Below are positions 1 to 12,518 of a stretch of 64,000 nucleotides of DNA, in pieces (position 1 is the first letter of the stretch; every line of letters begins with the position of its first letter). The position numbers were made by a program, and so were the translations under genes. This DNA is from Lama glama. Lineage: Eukaryota. The notes under the pieces are model-generated. The model worked only from the letters and a program-made list of their open reading frames with translations. It was not told where the DNA came from and did no database searches. The DNA lies in contig CM052817.1 of the NCBI GenBank assembly GCA_028534125.1, positions 46,626,001-46,690,000 of the forward strand. Direction: 5' to 3'.

Positions 1-1315
1 TGTTAATGAGGAGATTTTTCTAACTAATGTAAAGCATGAATCCTAATGTTTCTCTGAAATTTAACATTATATATAGTGTCACTTATTGGATTCATTCTGT
101 ATTTAAATATATATATATATATCTTAGGGGCATCTAACTTAAGTCACTACAGTGCTCACATGATGTTTAAGAACCTTACTTTGCTATACAAAAACATTTT
201 TTTAAAGTTATATCAAGTCACTTAGATTTATTAGATTAGGGAGAATTAATGGTTTGAATAAAGTTTGTGTACAGAAGATTGTCAACATTTTCCCCGAGGA
301 TTAGGATTATTTATTATATTCAGCAGCTTTTTATGTTAGATCAAACCCTTCAGATTGAATTCCACATCTTTTTAGAAGTTGAACATTTTAGATATTTATT
401 TAACATTGCTTTTCAGAAAGAGACAGTTATCCTGGAATCACTATATCTGATAGGGTTGTTTCAAGCATTTATTTAAAAAAGAAATCTGCTTGAACATCAA
501 GTGAGTTCAAATCAAACTTGACAAACCAGTGGAAAATGTCAGCTCCTGACATGTGGCATCAATAGTCATAATAGCGATGACGTAGTAGTAATGAGGATAT
601 TAGGATCTGTCATTTACTGAGGCCCTAAAGTGTCAGGCATGATATCTTGTATTTTTCATTTTTGTTGTAATTTAGTGTATAGAGATCCAAGGAGGAGCTG
701 ATGTCTGAGGCTGGGGATGGGGTTCATGTTCCCAGGGTGGTGACATTACCAAGCTGACTTCAGATTGAACCAGGATATCCTGCTGGCATTATCTTCATGA
801 ATCTACCACCAGCTTCCAATGTTTAGTTATTTTTTTCCAAAGCACTCTCAACCCCCTCTACTGTCTCTATAACAACTCAGATTTTATAACAAACATGATG
901 TGCCTTCCAGGATTTCCTTATTTTTGTCTTATGGCCTTTTGGCATCTTTTATATAAGCGTCCTTCTAATTAGTCCTTTGACATTCATCTAACACAGGGGA
1001 ATCCCAATATCTTGGCACCAAAGATACAATAAAAATCTACTTGTATTAAAGCAACAGTGCTAGAGAAAGATAAAATATCACATGCTTATGTGATGATACT
1101 CTAATTACAATAGAATTAAAATTCCGAGGTAAAATGGAACACATGTCACCAGACAGCCCTATTCTTAAACAAGATCATTGCTATTTTCTGGGTAAGAGCA
1201 TTATAGTCCGCTGCTTAGCTACGTAATTCCTTTTTAAATACATAACCAAATCCACCCAGGCTGCAAAGACGTGGGCAGCTAAATTACATGGGCTTATAAT
1301 CTTTATTCTCCCCAG

Positions 1316-1500
1316 ATTATTCATCTTATCACAGTAGCACTCTGAAGCCTCCTGCAGGTAAAGAGCCAGAATCCCCCTTGCTCTACAGAACCATGAGCGA
1401 AGCAACCCTGGTGAGAAAAAGGATGAAGCTCCCGATGTTGGACAGAAAAGACAGACAGACGCATCGGGCCTCTATTAATGGACACTTTTATAACCATGAA
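1316..1500 (+). CDS. RASSF6: RASSF6 internal coding exon (185 bp)
   Basis: ctccccag| ... catgaa|gtgagt; encodes (D)[61 protein letters not shown]. Confidence 0.93.
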
Positions 1501-4500
1501 GTGAGTTACCATTCCATTAATATCATTTAAAATAATGTTGTCTATTTGCGCTAACAATATCACTCAATTCAACTTACAGTTAAAAGTGATAATAATAATA
1601 CTCTTAAATATAATACTACTGTTAGTATTGGGTGCTCTCTATGTGTTAGGCATTAAACTGTTTTGATTTCTCTCATTAATCACTAAAACAATCCTATGAA
1701 GTAAATACTTCATTATTTTCCCTACGTTGCATATGAGTTAATTGAGGTTCACAGAGGTTAGGCAATTTGTCACAGTTCACACTGTTTTTAAGTAGCAACT
1801 CTGAACTCCAACCCAGCTTTGTCTGAGGCCAGAACCCAAATTTAACCAACGTGGTGAATGAACCGTATCTAACCACGCTCCACACACTGGAAATATGAAG
1901 ATGATTCAGTTGATAACTCTGCCAGCATGGAGCTTAGGGCTTGGGCCAAGAAACCAATACAGCCACACATAGCACTAGAATAATCTAAGTGCTACAGAAG
2001 ATGGCTGTTCAAAGTACATTCAAACATTAATATTTAAATAAAAGGAAAAACTCAGCTATAGTCCTGTTTATTCCAAGAAATCAAATTCCTCATTTTCTAC
2101 GTCTTGTATATATACACTTAACATTTACACAGTGCAATTGGGGTTTATATAATTTTTATTCTGATTTTTTTTCACTTACTATCTGTTAAATTTACACGTG
2201 CCTTTCCATGGTATTTGTAAGACATTTTGCTTTGCTGAAGGTAGGAAATATATCATTTTTTTTCTAGAACTCAAAGTTTGTCATGCAAGTCATTCATCCA
2301 TTCATTTAATAAATGCTTAAAAAGCACTCACTCTAAGGCACCATTCTAACCCCTTTAATGCAAAATATTGACTCATTCATCTTGAGCTTTCTTCCTATAA
2401 GGCTTTCTACCTTATTCCTTCTTCTACCTTTGGGAGGGTATCCATATGTTCCTTTGGAGACTGGTGGGGAGAATTCCCCCCTTGTGAATTCTTTGTTCAA
2501 ATTAGACATTTTTCTGGCTCAAGAATTTCCTCCTGGCCATGAAGTACCCTTGACAGTCCCCCACAGATGTGCAACTAACAATTGTCCTGGTTTCTTCGCC
2601 TGAGAATCAAGCTCTATGTCATCACCTTGTGGGCTGACTTGTGTTAAAGAAGGCTGTGGAAGCCACATTGTCCCAAATGAGCAGCTTCCAGCCGGGCCCC
2701 CAGTGCTGAGGACGAACCGGCACTAAGCTGGCAGCACAGCACGTAGTGAAGTGCTAGGGTGTTGCAGCTTGATGCCCTGACTTCAAAGTTAGAAAATGAC
2801 TCAATCTCTTAACCTGAGTTCCCTCACCCTTCTTTACAAGGTTGTTGATGGGATTCAATGGAATGAGGTGAGTTAAGCACTTAGCATAGTGTCTGCATGA
2901 AGGAAGAACTCAATTTACATTAGCTTTATTGCTGTTGATTGATAGAGAGATCAAGCTGGAACTAGAGATACATACAAACAAATGTTATTCACTGAAATAT
3001 AATAACTAGCAGAAAACAAAACCCCAAAACGCAAAGTGCTCTATCAGTGCACATGCAGTGATGGGCATCTAGGAATTTAAGTTGTTTTCATTTTATGAAA
3101 CCTCTAGATAATGGCAATATCGAATAACACCTGTATCAGTGGCTTAGACTGTGATACAGTCAGTCCCAAGGAATACATTCCAAGATTCCCAGTGGATACC
3201 TGAAACCGAGGATAGTACTGAATTCTGTGTATGTACTATGTCTTTTCCTAGACATAAGACCTCTGATAAAGTTTAGTTTATGAATTAAGCAAAATAAGAG
3301 ATTAACAATAATAGCTAGGGATAAAATAGAATAATTATAACAATATGCTGTAAAACGTGTTATGTGAATGTGGTCTCTCTCTCTTTTGCCCCCTCTCTAA
3401 AAATATTTTGTTGGACTGTACTCACCTCTGTAAGGGTGTGAGATGATAAGATGCCTACGGGTTGAGATGAAGTGAGGTGAATGATGTAGGCATTGTGACT
3501 CAGCATTAGGCTACGATTGACCTGATTGTGCTGATTTTGTGTCGGGAGGAGGGTCATCTGTTTCGGATGATCTTGGACCATCAAGCCATGATGATGTCAA
3601 CAGTTGGCTGTCAGGAGCAGACATTGTCAATGGCTGGGAATCCTGGGCAGGATGGAGTAGGATGCTGTGAGATTTTATCATGCTACTCAGAATGGCACAC
3701 AATTTAAAACTTATGAGTTGTTTATTTCTGGAATTTTAGTGGGGAGGGTATAGCTCAGTGGTAGAGTGCATGCTTAGCATGCAAGAGGTTTTGAGTTCAA
3801 TCCTCAGTACCTCCATTAAAATAAATAAATAGATAAATAAATACCTAATTACCTCCTCCTAAAATTTTTTTTGTTTTTTTAAATAAAGAATTTTCCACTT
3901 GATTTTTTTCATCTCTCTCAGGATTTTATTTCTTTTAAAATAAGAATAATGATCAAATTGTGAGTTAAAAAATTATACATTTTTTATGACTTTTTTATGG
4001 TACGTTACTAATCCCAAGAGGGATATGTCAATTCTTCTGACCATGGAAGCTTTTGTCTAAAAGGCAGACGCTTGATCAGAGCAACTTGAGGGAAACATTG
4101 TTCTACATGTTCCATCAGCAGCACTTTGACCCCAACCCCCAGGTGAGATACAGGCTGGACCATATGAAATTGCCTACATTGGACAATTTCTGACCAAACC
4201 CAAAAGGAGTGACTTCATATGATTCAAACTAAAAACAACCTAGAACAATTATTCCCAACCAGGAGAGAATTTTGAAATCTTAAACTACACTGAAGAATGG
4301 TGTGATTTTCTAGCGAAAATGTTTTGAACATTCTCAAGTGATGTTTTACCTAACTTACTCTAGAAACAATGCTTAATATTCAGTAACAACAGAGAAACCA
4401 AAACAGGAAAGCAAGTTTTTAAATTGGTGATCTTGGATTTTTTTGCCCAAAGGAAGGCCAGATTCAAGATGCTGACTATTGTTAGTTGTCATATGAGTCC

Positions 4501-6713
4501 TTAAAATTACATCCATCTTTTTTTTTTTTCCTAGACATCAATTTTTACTCCAGCCTTTGGGTCAGAAACTAAGGTCAGAATAAACAGTGATATGAGAACT
4601 GAAGAAGTAATAAAGCAAATTCTCCAAAAATTTAAGGTAATCTTTATCACTGAACTGAGCTATAAATAGCTTGTATATAATTTAACTGTAGACATACAAA
4701 TGGATTCTTCTGAAAAAGACCTATAAACATGTAAATCTAAATTAAATATTCAGTTCTGAAGAATTCTTTCCTATATAAAGTTGACCCTTGCACAACACAG
4801 GTTTCAACTGCGTGGGTCCATTTATACATGGATTTTGGGATCCACAGCAGATCCTGGAACCAATCCCCTGCGATACCAAGAGACAACTGTATAATACCTT
4901 TTGGTAACTGTGCCCTGAGAAATTACATTATTCTCGGGGAGCAGAGAAGGTTTTATTTCTGAAGGTGAAAAACAAATGTGAGGAAACATATATAATTTGG
5001 GTCTGGTTGGCTTAGAAAACATTGACAACAAAGAATTCATGTCTGTTCATGTTTTTCCATTGACAGATTGAAAACAGTGCCCAGGATTTTGCACTTTACA
5101 TAATTTTTGCAACAGGAGGTAAGAAAGCTTGGTGGTTCTTCTTACACGACTTCAGTGTGTTATCATTTTCTGCCCACAGAGAAGACAGAAGACAGTCTAC
5201 CTCATTCTGTGGAAGAAAGGGAAGGAGGGAAGAGAGAAGGAAGGGGGTGGGGAGTGTTTTAGATTATTCATATTTCACAATTTCAGGGGAAGACAACTTA
5301 AGACTAAGGTATCCGAAAAGAGTTTACAATACAAAAAAATCCGCGTGTTAGCCAGGCGTTAATTTACGTGAACGGCGATCAGAGCCCTGGAGAATCTAGG
5401 TGGAAAGTTCCCAGGAATTGTTAGGCATTTAAGTTGCTGAGCTCTGTACATCTTTCTTTTTCTGCCTTCCCTTAGCATTCTAGCTCTTACTAGAGACATC
5501 ATTACATACTATTTCTCCCTGATGGTGTTATTACTTTAGCACAGAGTCTGATGCATTGTAGGAGTGTCACATCTTCCTCAGTAGGTAGAAATGTGCAGAG
5601 CTTTGTGGTGGGGGTGAAAGGTTAGCAGCAGGACATTGGGAAGAGACTCTGGGAGGGTGGTGCTGGGAGCGGGGAGTAAAAGAGAGATTAGAGAAACCCT
5701 AAGGCAATACTGAAATGAAATTTTTCAAAGCTTTAAAACTGAAAAAAAAATGTAAATGTTAAATTGTAGAAATAGCTCAGGTTATAATTTAAGTATCAGA
5801 ATGAGCTGGAGATTGCCTAGAATAAAATCATACATTTTGATACAGAGCGACTATAAGAAAATAAAAGCTGGATCTCCAAACACATACAAAATTAAAATCC
5901 TTATCAACTGAAAGCTTAAACACAAGAAATAAATATATATATACACACGTATATATATAATTTTTTTAAAATTCTAAGTGTGTATATGTACATGTACATA
6001 TACATATATATGTATTCATTCAGCAAGAAAAAGAAGTCCATTTTTAGTTCATTTCAAGGGTTTAATTTCAATTCAGTTTTTTGAGTGAGTGCCTCCTATT
6101 GTATGTTTTTCTTAAATCTTTCAAAGTGAGATAAGGAAGCAAAATGAATGGACCAAGGATCTATCTTGTTTTTCTCTAGGATGGACTCCTGAGTGTAGTT
6201 GGTCCTTTTTCTCATTTGCAGAGCAGAAGAGGCTGAAGAAGACAGACATTCCACTACTGCATAGACTCCTACAGGGGCCTTCCAAAGAGAATGCTCGCAT
6301 TTTCCTCATGGATAAAGATGCAGAAGAAATTAGCAGCGATGTATGGATACCATCACCCTGAATCTGTCTTTGCTCCCTCCTGACTCAGCACCTCTCACAC
6401 AAATGCTCTGCTTTTTGTTTTGTTTTGTTTTCCCTTTCAGGTGGCTCAGTACATTAATTTTCATTTTTCTCTCCTGGAATCCATCCTTCAAAGATTAAAT
6501 GAAGAAGAGAAAAGAGAGATTCAAAGAACAATAACAAAGTAAGTCAAGAGCTGGCATGTGGGCTGCTTGGTCCTTTAATAGGTTCAGCGCACAAAATGTA
6601 TCCAATTTTTAATACTTTTTCTCTTTCTCATTTTCAGATTCAGTACAGAAAAGGCGATCATACTGAAATGTCTTCAAAGTAAAGGGGTAATAAAAACAGA
6701 AACAACAGTTTAG
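1316..6713 (+). CDS. RASSF6: RASSF6 (Ras association domain family member 6), 3' part: join(1316..1500,4535..4636,5067..5118,6222..6340,6441..6538,6638..6713); 5' exons lie outside the window
   Basis: Six exons with compatible phases and GT-AG introns splice to ...[15 protein letters not shown]...[160 protein letters not shown]. This is an RA domain, a SARAH domain and a C-terminal ETTV PDZ-binding motif. Convergent position next to the albumin cluster matches known synteny. Confidence 0.96.
1600..1885 (-). mobile_element. MIR SINE
   Basis: MIR core-like ...atgagttaattgaggttcacagaggttaggcaatttgtcacagttcacac...; boundaries approximate. Confidence 0.7.
3157..3910 (+). mobile_element. MER44/Tigger7-family DNA transposon relic, interrupted by a SINE
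   Basis: ccagtggatacctgaaaccgaggatagtac ... gagatgaagtgaggtgaatgatgtaggcattgtgac ... aatttaaaacttatgagttgtttatttctggaatttt matches the recalled MER44 consensus. Confidence 0.8.
3741..3887 (+). mobile_element. tRNA-derived SINE, camelid Vic-1 type
   Basis: GGGGAGGGTATAGCTCAGTGGTAGAG (A box), GAGTTCAATCC (B box), AT-rich tail; direct repeat GAATTTT at 3731-3737 and 3888-3894. Confidence 0.85.
4535..4636 (+). CDS. RASSF6: RASSF6 internal coding exon (102 bp), RA domain
   Basis: Poly-T tract + cctag| ... tttaag|gtaatc; [34 protein letters not shown]. Confidence 0.95.
4778..4890 (+). mobile_element. Short Tigger-family MITE
   Basis: agttgacccttgcacaacacaggtttcaactgcgtgggtcca ... ggaaccaatcccctgcgataccaagagacaactg|ta: Tigger-like termini with TA flanks. 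Confidence 0.65.
5067..5118 (+). CDS. RASSF6: RASSF6 internal coding exon (52 bp), RA domain
   Basis: ttgacag| ... acaggag|gtaaga; [17 protein letters not shown]. Confidence 0.94.
6222..6340 (+). CDS. RASSF6: RASSF6 internal coding exon (119 bp)
   Basis: tttgcag| ... agcgat|gtatgg; (E)[39 protein letters not shown]. Confidence 0.95.
6441..6538 (+). CDS. RASSF6: RASSF6 internal coding exon (98 bp), SARAH domain
   Basis: ccctttcag| ... acaaa|gtaagt; [32 protein letters not shown](K). Confidence 0.95.
6638..6713 (+). CDS. RASSF6: RASSF6 last coding exon, stop TAG at 6711-6713
   Basis: ttttcag|a ttc agt...; [24 protein letters not shown]. Confidence 0.95.
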
Positions 6714-6968
6714 CAGTACACGTCACTTTTGCTAAAACTAACAAAATTGGAATGGTGTTACTATTTGAGTGCATAAATTCTATGCTTGCATTCATACAAA
6801 TATATATAAACTCGAATCTGTAGAAAACTGAATGCAAAAAAACCTGTCTCTCTTTGAAGTGATGAGGTTGACTAGGGTTCACAGTTGGACTGAAAGGAAT
6901 TTAGTTTCAATAACTGAAATAAGCTTGGATACTATGTACTCCAAATAAGTTTTTATAGTGAAACCCTC

Positions 6969-6974
6969 AATAAA
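6969..6974 (+). terminator. Candidate RASSF6 polyadenylation signal AATAAA (another at 7418-7423)
   Basis: AATAAA about 255 bp downstream of the stop; which signal is used cannot be told from sequence. Confidence 0.3.
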
Positions 6975-8250
6975 CTCAAATTTCAATGGCATCTTCAGAT
7001 AGCATGCAGCTTAGACTTCTTTTAGCTTCAACTGTCAAGAGAACTAAAATATCATCGACCGACTCTTGAAAGCAATTCAGAAGTAAAAGCTGCCAGCTCT
7101 TGAGATAAAAAAGCAGCCCCCTCACCTCACCAAGGAATCTGGTGGTGACGGTGTTTCACAGCTCCTTGAAAACTCTAGCCTTTTCATAAAATCTAGGGCT
7201 TTATGTGGGGAGGTGACTTTGGGTTATCTGTAACATCAGAGCTGTCTATCTTTTGGGATGGAAAAGACTATGGGCTCTTGTTAAGAAATCTAAATTGTAA
7301 TTTTCTCAACCTGAGCCTTTCATTTTTTTCCTCTGTTCTACTGATGACTTTCAAAACTGCCTTTAAGCTTTTTTTTTTTTGTCAGTTGAACTAGTTTTCT
7401 TTTTTTTTTTTTTCCCAAATAAACATACCTCAGAGATTTACTGTGTCTCATCAGCTAGCCTAAGACGTGGCCCATAATAAGCATTTGTTGCTGAATGCAC
7501 GCAGGTGATGCCGAGCTGTGGTAACTGAAGTTAGGCAGGGAATCTGGATCTTGGCCCTTTCCCTCCAAGGCAACTCATTCTACAAGACAGCGTTCAAGGT
7601 GCTTCAAGTCTGCTTAGCCAATCTGAAAAAGCACTGAGAATGCCACCAGTCATCATCTACTTCCTTATTTATGAGCTCTATATTAAAATGGAGTTTTATG
7701 CATCTTTCTTCCACTCTCAAAACTATTTCCACTTGCATTCCTCATAAGCCTTGGATTAAATTGATTGCATTACACATACCATAAGGCATAAGGTTGTAGG
7801 TAATAAATTCAGTTGGAAGATCAATTATCAAAATATGAAACATGTTTAAGACAAAGACATTACTTCTCAGGGTCACCTAAACCTAAGCTGGATGAAAGTA
7901 AAAGTATGCTATGGCCTTTTCAGTCCTAGGAAATCTTCTTTCTTGAGTGAAACAGAGGTTTGCATCTTTATTCTGCCATCTATCAGTTAATAAGAAAGTA
8001 ATCTCATCTAGCTAAAATAAGGCTAGATAGTTAAAATTCAGTATACTTAAAGTAGTGTCAAATATCTGCCACAAACATGACAAAAGATTCATCTTTAACA
8101 TGTTGAAAGTCTACAAAAGAAAAATACTAAGTCTGGACAGAAAAAAATTTTAAAATAAATAAGACAGATGACACGAAAAGTAAAATCACAGAAGAAATGC
8201 AAATGGCTATTACGTACGTGAAAAAAAGTTGTATCTTAATTGTGATCAGT

Positions 8251-9276
8251 TATATTAGTCCGTGTCTAATCAGGAGATAGAAACCACACAGTCATTTAAA
8301 TAGGGGAAGTTTAACATAAGGAATTATTTAGCTGTGATGATAGGAGAGTAACTGTAAAGATGGAAAGAGAACGTTAAAAGGCACCCTAAGGCTAAGGGAA
8401 GAATACCCAACAAAGGAAAAGCTTGGGGAAGGGCTCAGAATTCACTGGAGAAGCCGTGGTTGCAGCCCACTGGAGGGAGGAGGCGCCCGCTGGTTGCCCA
8501 GGACACAGCAGGGTCACAGTTGTAGGACAAGCAGGAACAACAGGGGTCAGGGCCAGGTGGGCAGGTGCCCAGCGGGGCTTGGGGCTTCTCTGCAGGCACA
8601 AGGCCCAGATCACATAGTGTCTGTGGTGTCTGAAGGTCTGCAGGAAACAAAGCCTGGGGGCACAGGTCAGCCGAGGCTGAAGGGAAGGCACACAGGTGGA
8701 GTCAGGGGCGCTGCTGCCCATGCCCGAGGCCTGGGAGCTGCAGGGGCCTCCTTTGCAGGGACCTAGTACAACTCTTTGTAGGCCTTAGGCTGCAGCATCT
8801 TTGAGGCTGCATGGGACAAAGGTCAGGCAGGTGGCTTATCAGATGTCCAGCCCCACAGGGCCCTCTCTGGGAGCACGCACCAAGTTGAGAAGGTGTGGAG
8901 ACGAATGATCTGAGCCAGGGCGCAGACCTGCAATGGGGCTCCAGGCTGTGCCACCACAAACCAAATTGAAAGCTGGAAAAGGGGTTGGAGGAACAAACAC
9001 TAAAGAAAGCTGCACCCTACAGGCAACTAGCACTGGAGAAACCACTCTGGGCAGAGCAGTAGAGGAAGAAAATCAGCTTCCCAGTGAACCTAGCCAGCCA
9101 GCTCCTAGGAACTAGGAAAGAGCAACCACTTCCCGCAGTGTTTCTCCAGCGCCCTCTACCGACAAAGCATGACATGTAAACTTCAAGGAAAACGTTTAAA
9201 GGCTCCACATCTGTTTTCACAGAGCCAACAGCAAAGAGTAAATTTGGAGCAGAGAGGCAATAAAATAACTGGCCTG
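8251..9276. mobile_element. ERVL-type solo LTR (LTR41/LTR52-like), nested in an old L1M fragment (about 8050-9900)
   Basis: Starts tatattagtccgtgtctaatcaggagatagaaaccacacag and ends ...aatttggagcagagaggcaataaaataactggc. The GC-rich interior generates the overlapping spurious ORFs at 8392-9283. Confidence 0.7.
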
Positions 9277-9919
9277 TTAACAAAACAAAGTAAATAAAAC
9301 TGAAATATACTGTTCTGCCTACTAGACAAGATTAAGAAATGATAATATTAAATACTCAATGAATTTCATTGAGATGGGCAACTAAACTACTGGTAGAAAT
9401 ACAAATGGATATGATTTTCCTTGAAAGCAGTTCAGTAAATTCAGCCTATAATTCTACTTGTAGGATCTTACATGGAAATAATCAGATATACAAAGACACT
9501 ATGTAAAGATCATTATTTACTTTGATTAAAGGAAGTAAATAGCCTAATGTTTAAAAATAGAAAAAAAAGATTAAAGGAAAGAAACATTTACCCATAGAAT
9601 ATTATGCAGCTTTTAGGATTATTGCCAAATAAATTTTACTTATAAAAGTAAATTCTGCTTTTGTATCTAGGTAGGAATATATACACAAATATTCAAAAAT
9701 CTATTATCCATAAGATATATAGATATATTTATATGTATGTGCATAATATCATTTGTACATACACCCTACCAACCAAAACCAAGTGTGTTTATGTCTGGTT
9801 TGTAGAATTATGGGTCATTCATGTTTCTGTATTTTTTCTATACTTATTAAATATTCTATAATGAACATGTATTACTTTTTAAACCAGAAAATAGAAAATT
9901 TATGATTAAAAGAGGAAAG

Positions 9920-10415
9920 CAGAAGTGACAGAGTGTGACTTTGGACTAAATCATAAAAGCCCTTGTGTCCTCCTTGCTTGCTCTCTTGGATTGTCTGCTG
10001 TGGGGAAAGCCAACTTCCACATCCAGAGCAGCCTTGGGGAAAGGCCTGTATAACAGCAACTGAGACCTGCCAAAAGCCAACTAGAAACTGAGGCTTCCCA
10101 TCTGTAACTGTGTAAGTGGGCCAGCCGCTAGCCCCGGTCAAGCCTTCAGATGACTGCAGCCTGTCTAATAGCTTGATTACAATCTCATGAGAGACCTTGA
10201 GCCAGAAAACCCAGCTAAGCTGCTCCTGAATTCCTGACCCTCCCAAAATGTGTGAGATATGAGATGTTTAAAAAAAAGGAGGAGGAGGAAAAGGAGAAGG
10301 AGGAGAAGGAGGGGGAAGAGGAGGAGGTGGAGGAAGGAAGAGGAGAAGAAACGTTTGTTGTAACATGCTGCTACATTTTAGGATAATTTGTTACACAGCA
10401 ATAGATAACTGATAT
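9920..10415 (+). mobile_element. MLT1 (MaLR) LTR with internal purine-rich (GGA/GAA)n tract at 10270-10350
   Basis: agccttcagatgactgcagcc ... cccagctaagctgctcctgaattcctgacc ... aatttgttacacagcaatagataactgata. Confidence 0.8.
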
Positions 10416-11159
10416 AATTTCTGAGACAAATCTGCTCACTTCAGAGTCATCTTTGCATAATACAAGAATATAAACTTTGTCACAAAGCCATTCATCTTTG
10501 TTTTAGGTGGTCCAAATATTTCACTACCAGTTACATACTAGTTCAAATTGTAGATAATATGTTATATTTATTAATGGCAGAAGATCTGTCACTTCATCTT
10601 TGTGTACTTCGCCAAACTTAATATTGTGTCTTGTGTATGAGCTGTGCTCGATAAAAATCAGTTTTTGAATAAAGGACTGAATGAGTTAGTGAATCAATGA
10701 ATAAAAGAATGAGCAAATAAATTATCTGTAATATTTTCATAAAATCCCCTGTATATACCTCCTTTTTCACAAATCTGATCCAGTCGCTAAATAAATAGAG
10801 AATCTTTCGTATATTTTTCCTTGATATGGTGGTGTATTTTGTTATCTCGAGACTGTATGAACTATTCAGTTAGGCAGTGTTGCTATGGAATTTTGTTTAG
10901 GGCTGTTCAGGTTGGCTTCAAGAACTGAAGGGGAAAGAAGTCCATTTGCAAGGCAGTCGATGAAGTGGAAAAGACAGCAGATGTATCTATTATATTGAGA
11001 TATCTACATGTGAAAGGAAAGAAAGGAATAGGATGCAATTCAAGAGGGCAAATCCCTTCAGCAGCATCCATTTATCTTTTAAATAACAGCTAACCTATTA
11101 GATGGAGCCACTTAAAATTGTCCATGTTTGACCTACAAAGGCAGCATTTTCACATCGTC

Positions 11160-11390
11160 CAAACTAACAGCACTTACTACTTGCCAAGCACTATTTAAGT
11201 GCCTTACATAGATCAACTCACATAACGTCCATTACACTCCCATGAGAAATTAGTCTTTCAACCCAATTTTAAAGCTGAAGAAAGTAAGCTGTGGAGAGGT
11301 TAGGAGATTGGTTTTACTCTTTAGTAGAAGAGGGAGGTAGGATTTGAATCTACAACTTCAGAATCCACATTCCTAACCACTAGAATATAT
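11160..11390 (-). mobile_element. MIR SINE
   Basis: cacttactacttgccaagcactatttaagtgcc ... ggatttgaatctacaacttcagaatccacattcctaaccac. Confidence 0.6.
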
Positions 11391-12118
11391 ATAATACTCT
11401 AAACTACACACCCTCCAATGGCATTTTATCTGTGTCTTCATTTATAAAATAGGATTAATAGTACCTACTTCATTAGAAGTTGTAGGAGTTATAGGAATAA
11501 TACGTTTTAAGGCTGACACTTTGCACATAAGAAGTGTGTGATAAATATTAGCTGTTATAACTATAATATGTACCCACCCAGCATCCTAGCCTCATCTTTC
11601 ACTGTCTTACTGTCCACAAGTACTTCATTCTTGTCTTAAAACCCACCAAACTGAATCACCAACCATTCACTTTCCACTCTACCACATCTATCTGTTACAG
11701 CCATGCCCATTTTCAAGTTATTGGCCAAGGCCCCTTCTTCCATAAACTTTGCTGGTCTCCGTGGTGATGTGTGATCTCACATTCCTGTGTACCTCATTAT
11801 CAGTTAGCCTCGCTCTGACACTGGAAATGTGAAAGCTGCCCATTATTACAATTCATTATGTGTTTATATCTTACACAAATTCGTTAGTGATCTGGTCATG
11901 TCATATTCATATTATTCCCTGCAGCACCCAGCACAGTGTATCGAACACAATAGATACTTCAATGTTTATTAGATTTAATTTGCAATGCACACATGTTGAA
12001 ATTACCAGAATGAGAAAAAAGCTGAAATCAAGAGCACTGTAATGAGAATTAAATATTTTCTCTAATCAAAATCATTTACTTAGCAAGCACTAGAATCACT
12101 GCTTATTTTTACTTCATT

Positions 12119-12149
12119 ACACACACAGACACACACACACACACACACA
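12119..12149. repeat. (AC)n microsatellite
   Basis: Direct reading; one interruption. Confidence 0.9.
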
Positions 12150-12341
12150 AATCTGGAAAAATAAGTCCAAGTAAGTCCTTTATGTTATTTACTCCAGGGT
12201 TTCCAGGGAAAAGACTCCTATTGCAAATCATTACTGAAAGCTCAACTTATACATATATTAGGGCCCCTTGATGACAATGTCAGCATCACATATTTAGGGT
12301 ACAGATGGACGGGAATAGAGTTATGAAAGTAAACTTATTAT

Positions 12342-12511
12342 TTATATATGTTTTTTTCCACATTCTTTTCCATTATGGTTTATTACAGGATATTGAATAT
12401 AGTTCCCTGTGGTATACAGTAGGTCCTTGTTTATTTTATAGTAGTGTATATCTATCTGCTAATCCCAAACACCTGATTTGTCCCTCCCCCACCCCCTTGC
12501 CCCTTTGGTAA
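12342..12511 (-). mobile_element. L1 3'UTR fragment (cetartiodactyl type)
   Basis: tattgaatatagttccctgtggtatacagtaggtccttgttta ... tccctcccccacccccttgcccctttggtaac; imperfect flanking repeat aac(t)ttattat. Confidence 0.8.
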
Positions 12512-12512
12512 C

Positions 12513-12518
12513 TTTATT
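12513..12518 (-). terminator. Candidate ARG/Albfm1 polyadenylation signal AATAAA
   Basis: First - strand AATAAA I found downstream of the stop (about 440 nt); abuts an L1 fragment. Confidence 0.45.

Noticed and set aside
3741..3815. tRNA gene
   Set aside because: It has A/B boxes but runs into an AT-rich tail, is flanked by a target duplication and interrupts MER44, so it is a SINE.
5165..5200. Extra RASSF6 acceptor (ctgcccacag|agaag)
   Set aside because: It would leave a 60-nt intron, and the protein is already complete without it.
8392..9283. Cluster of overlapping GC-rich ORFs
   Set aside because: Lies inside a solo LTR; there are ORFs on both strands and no recognisable protein.
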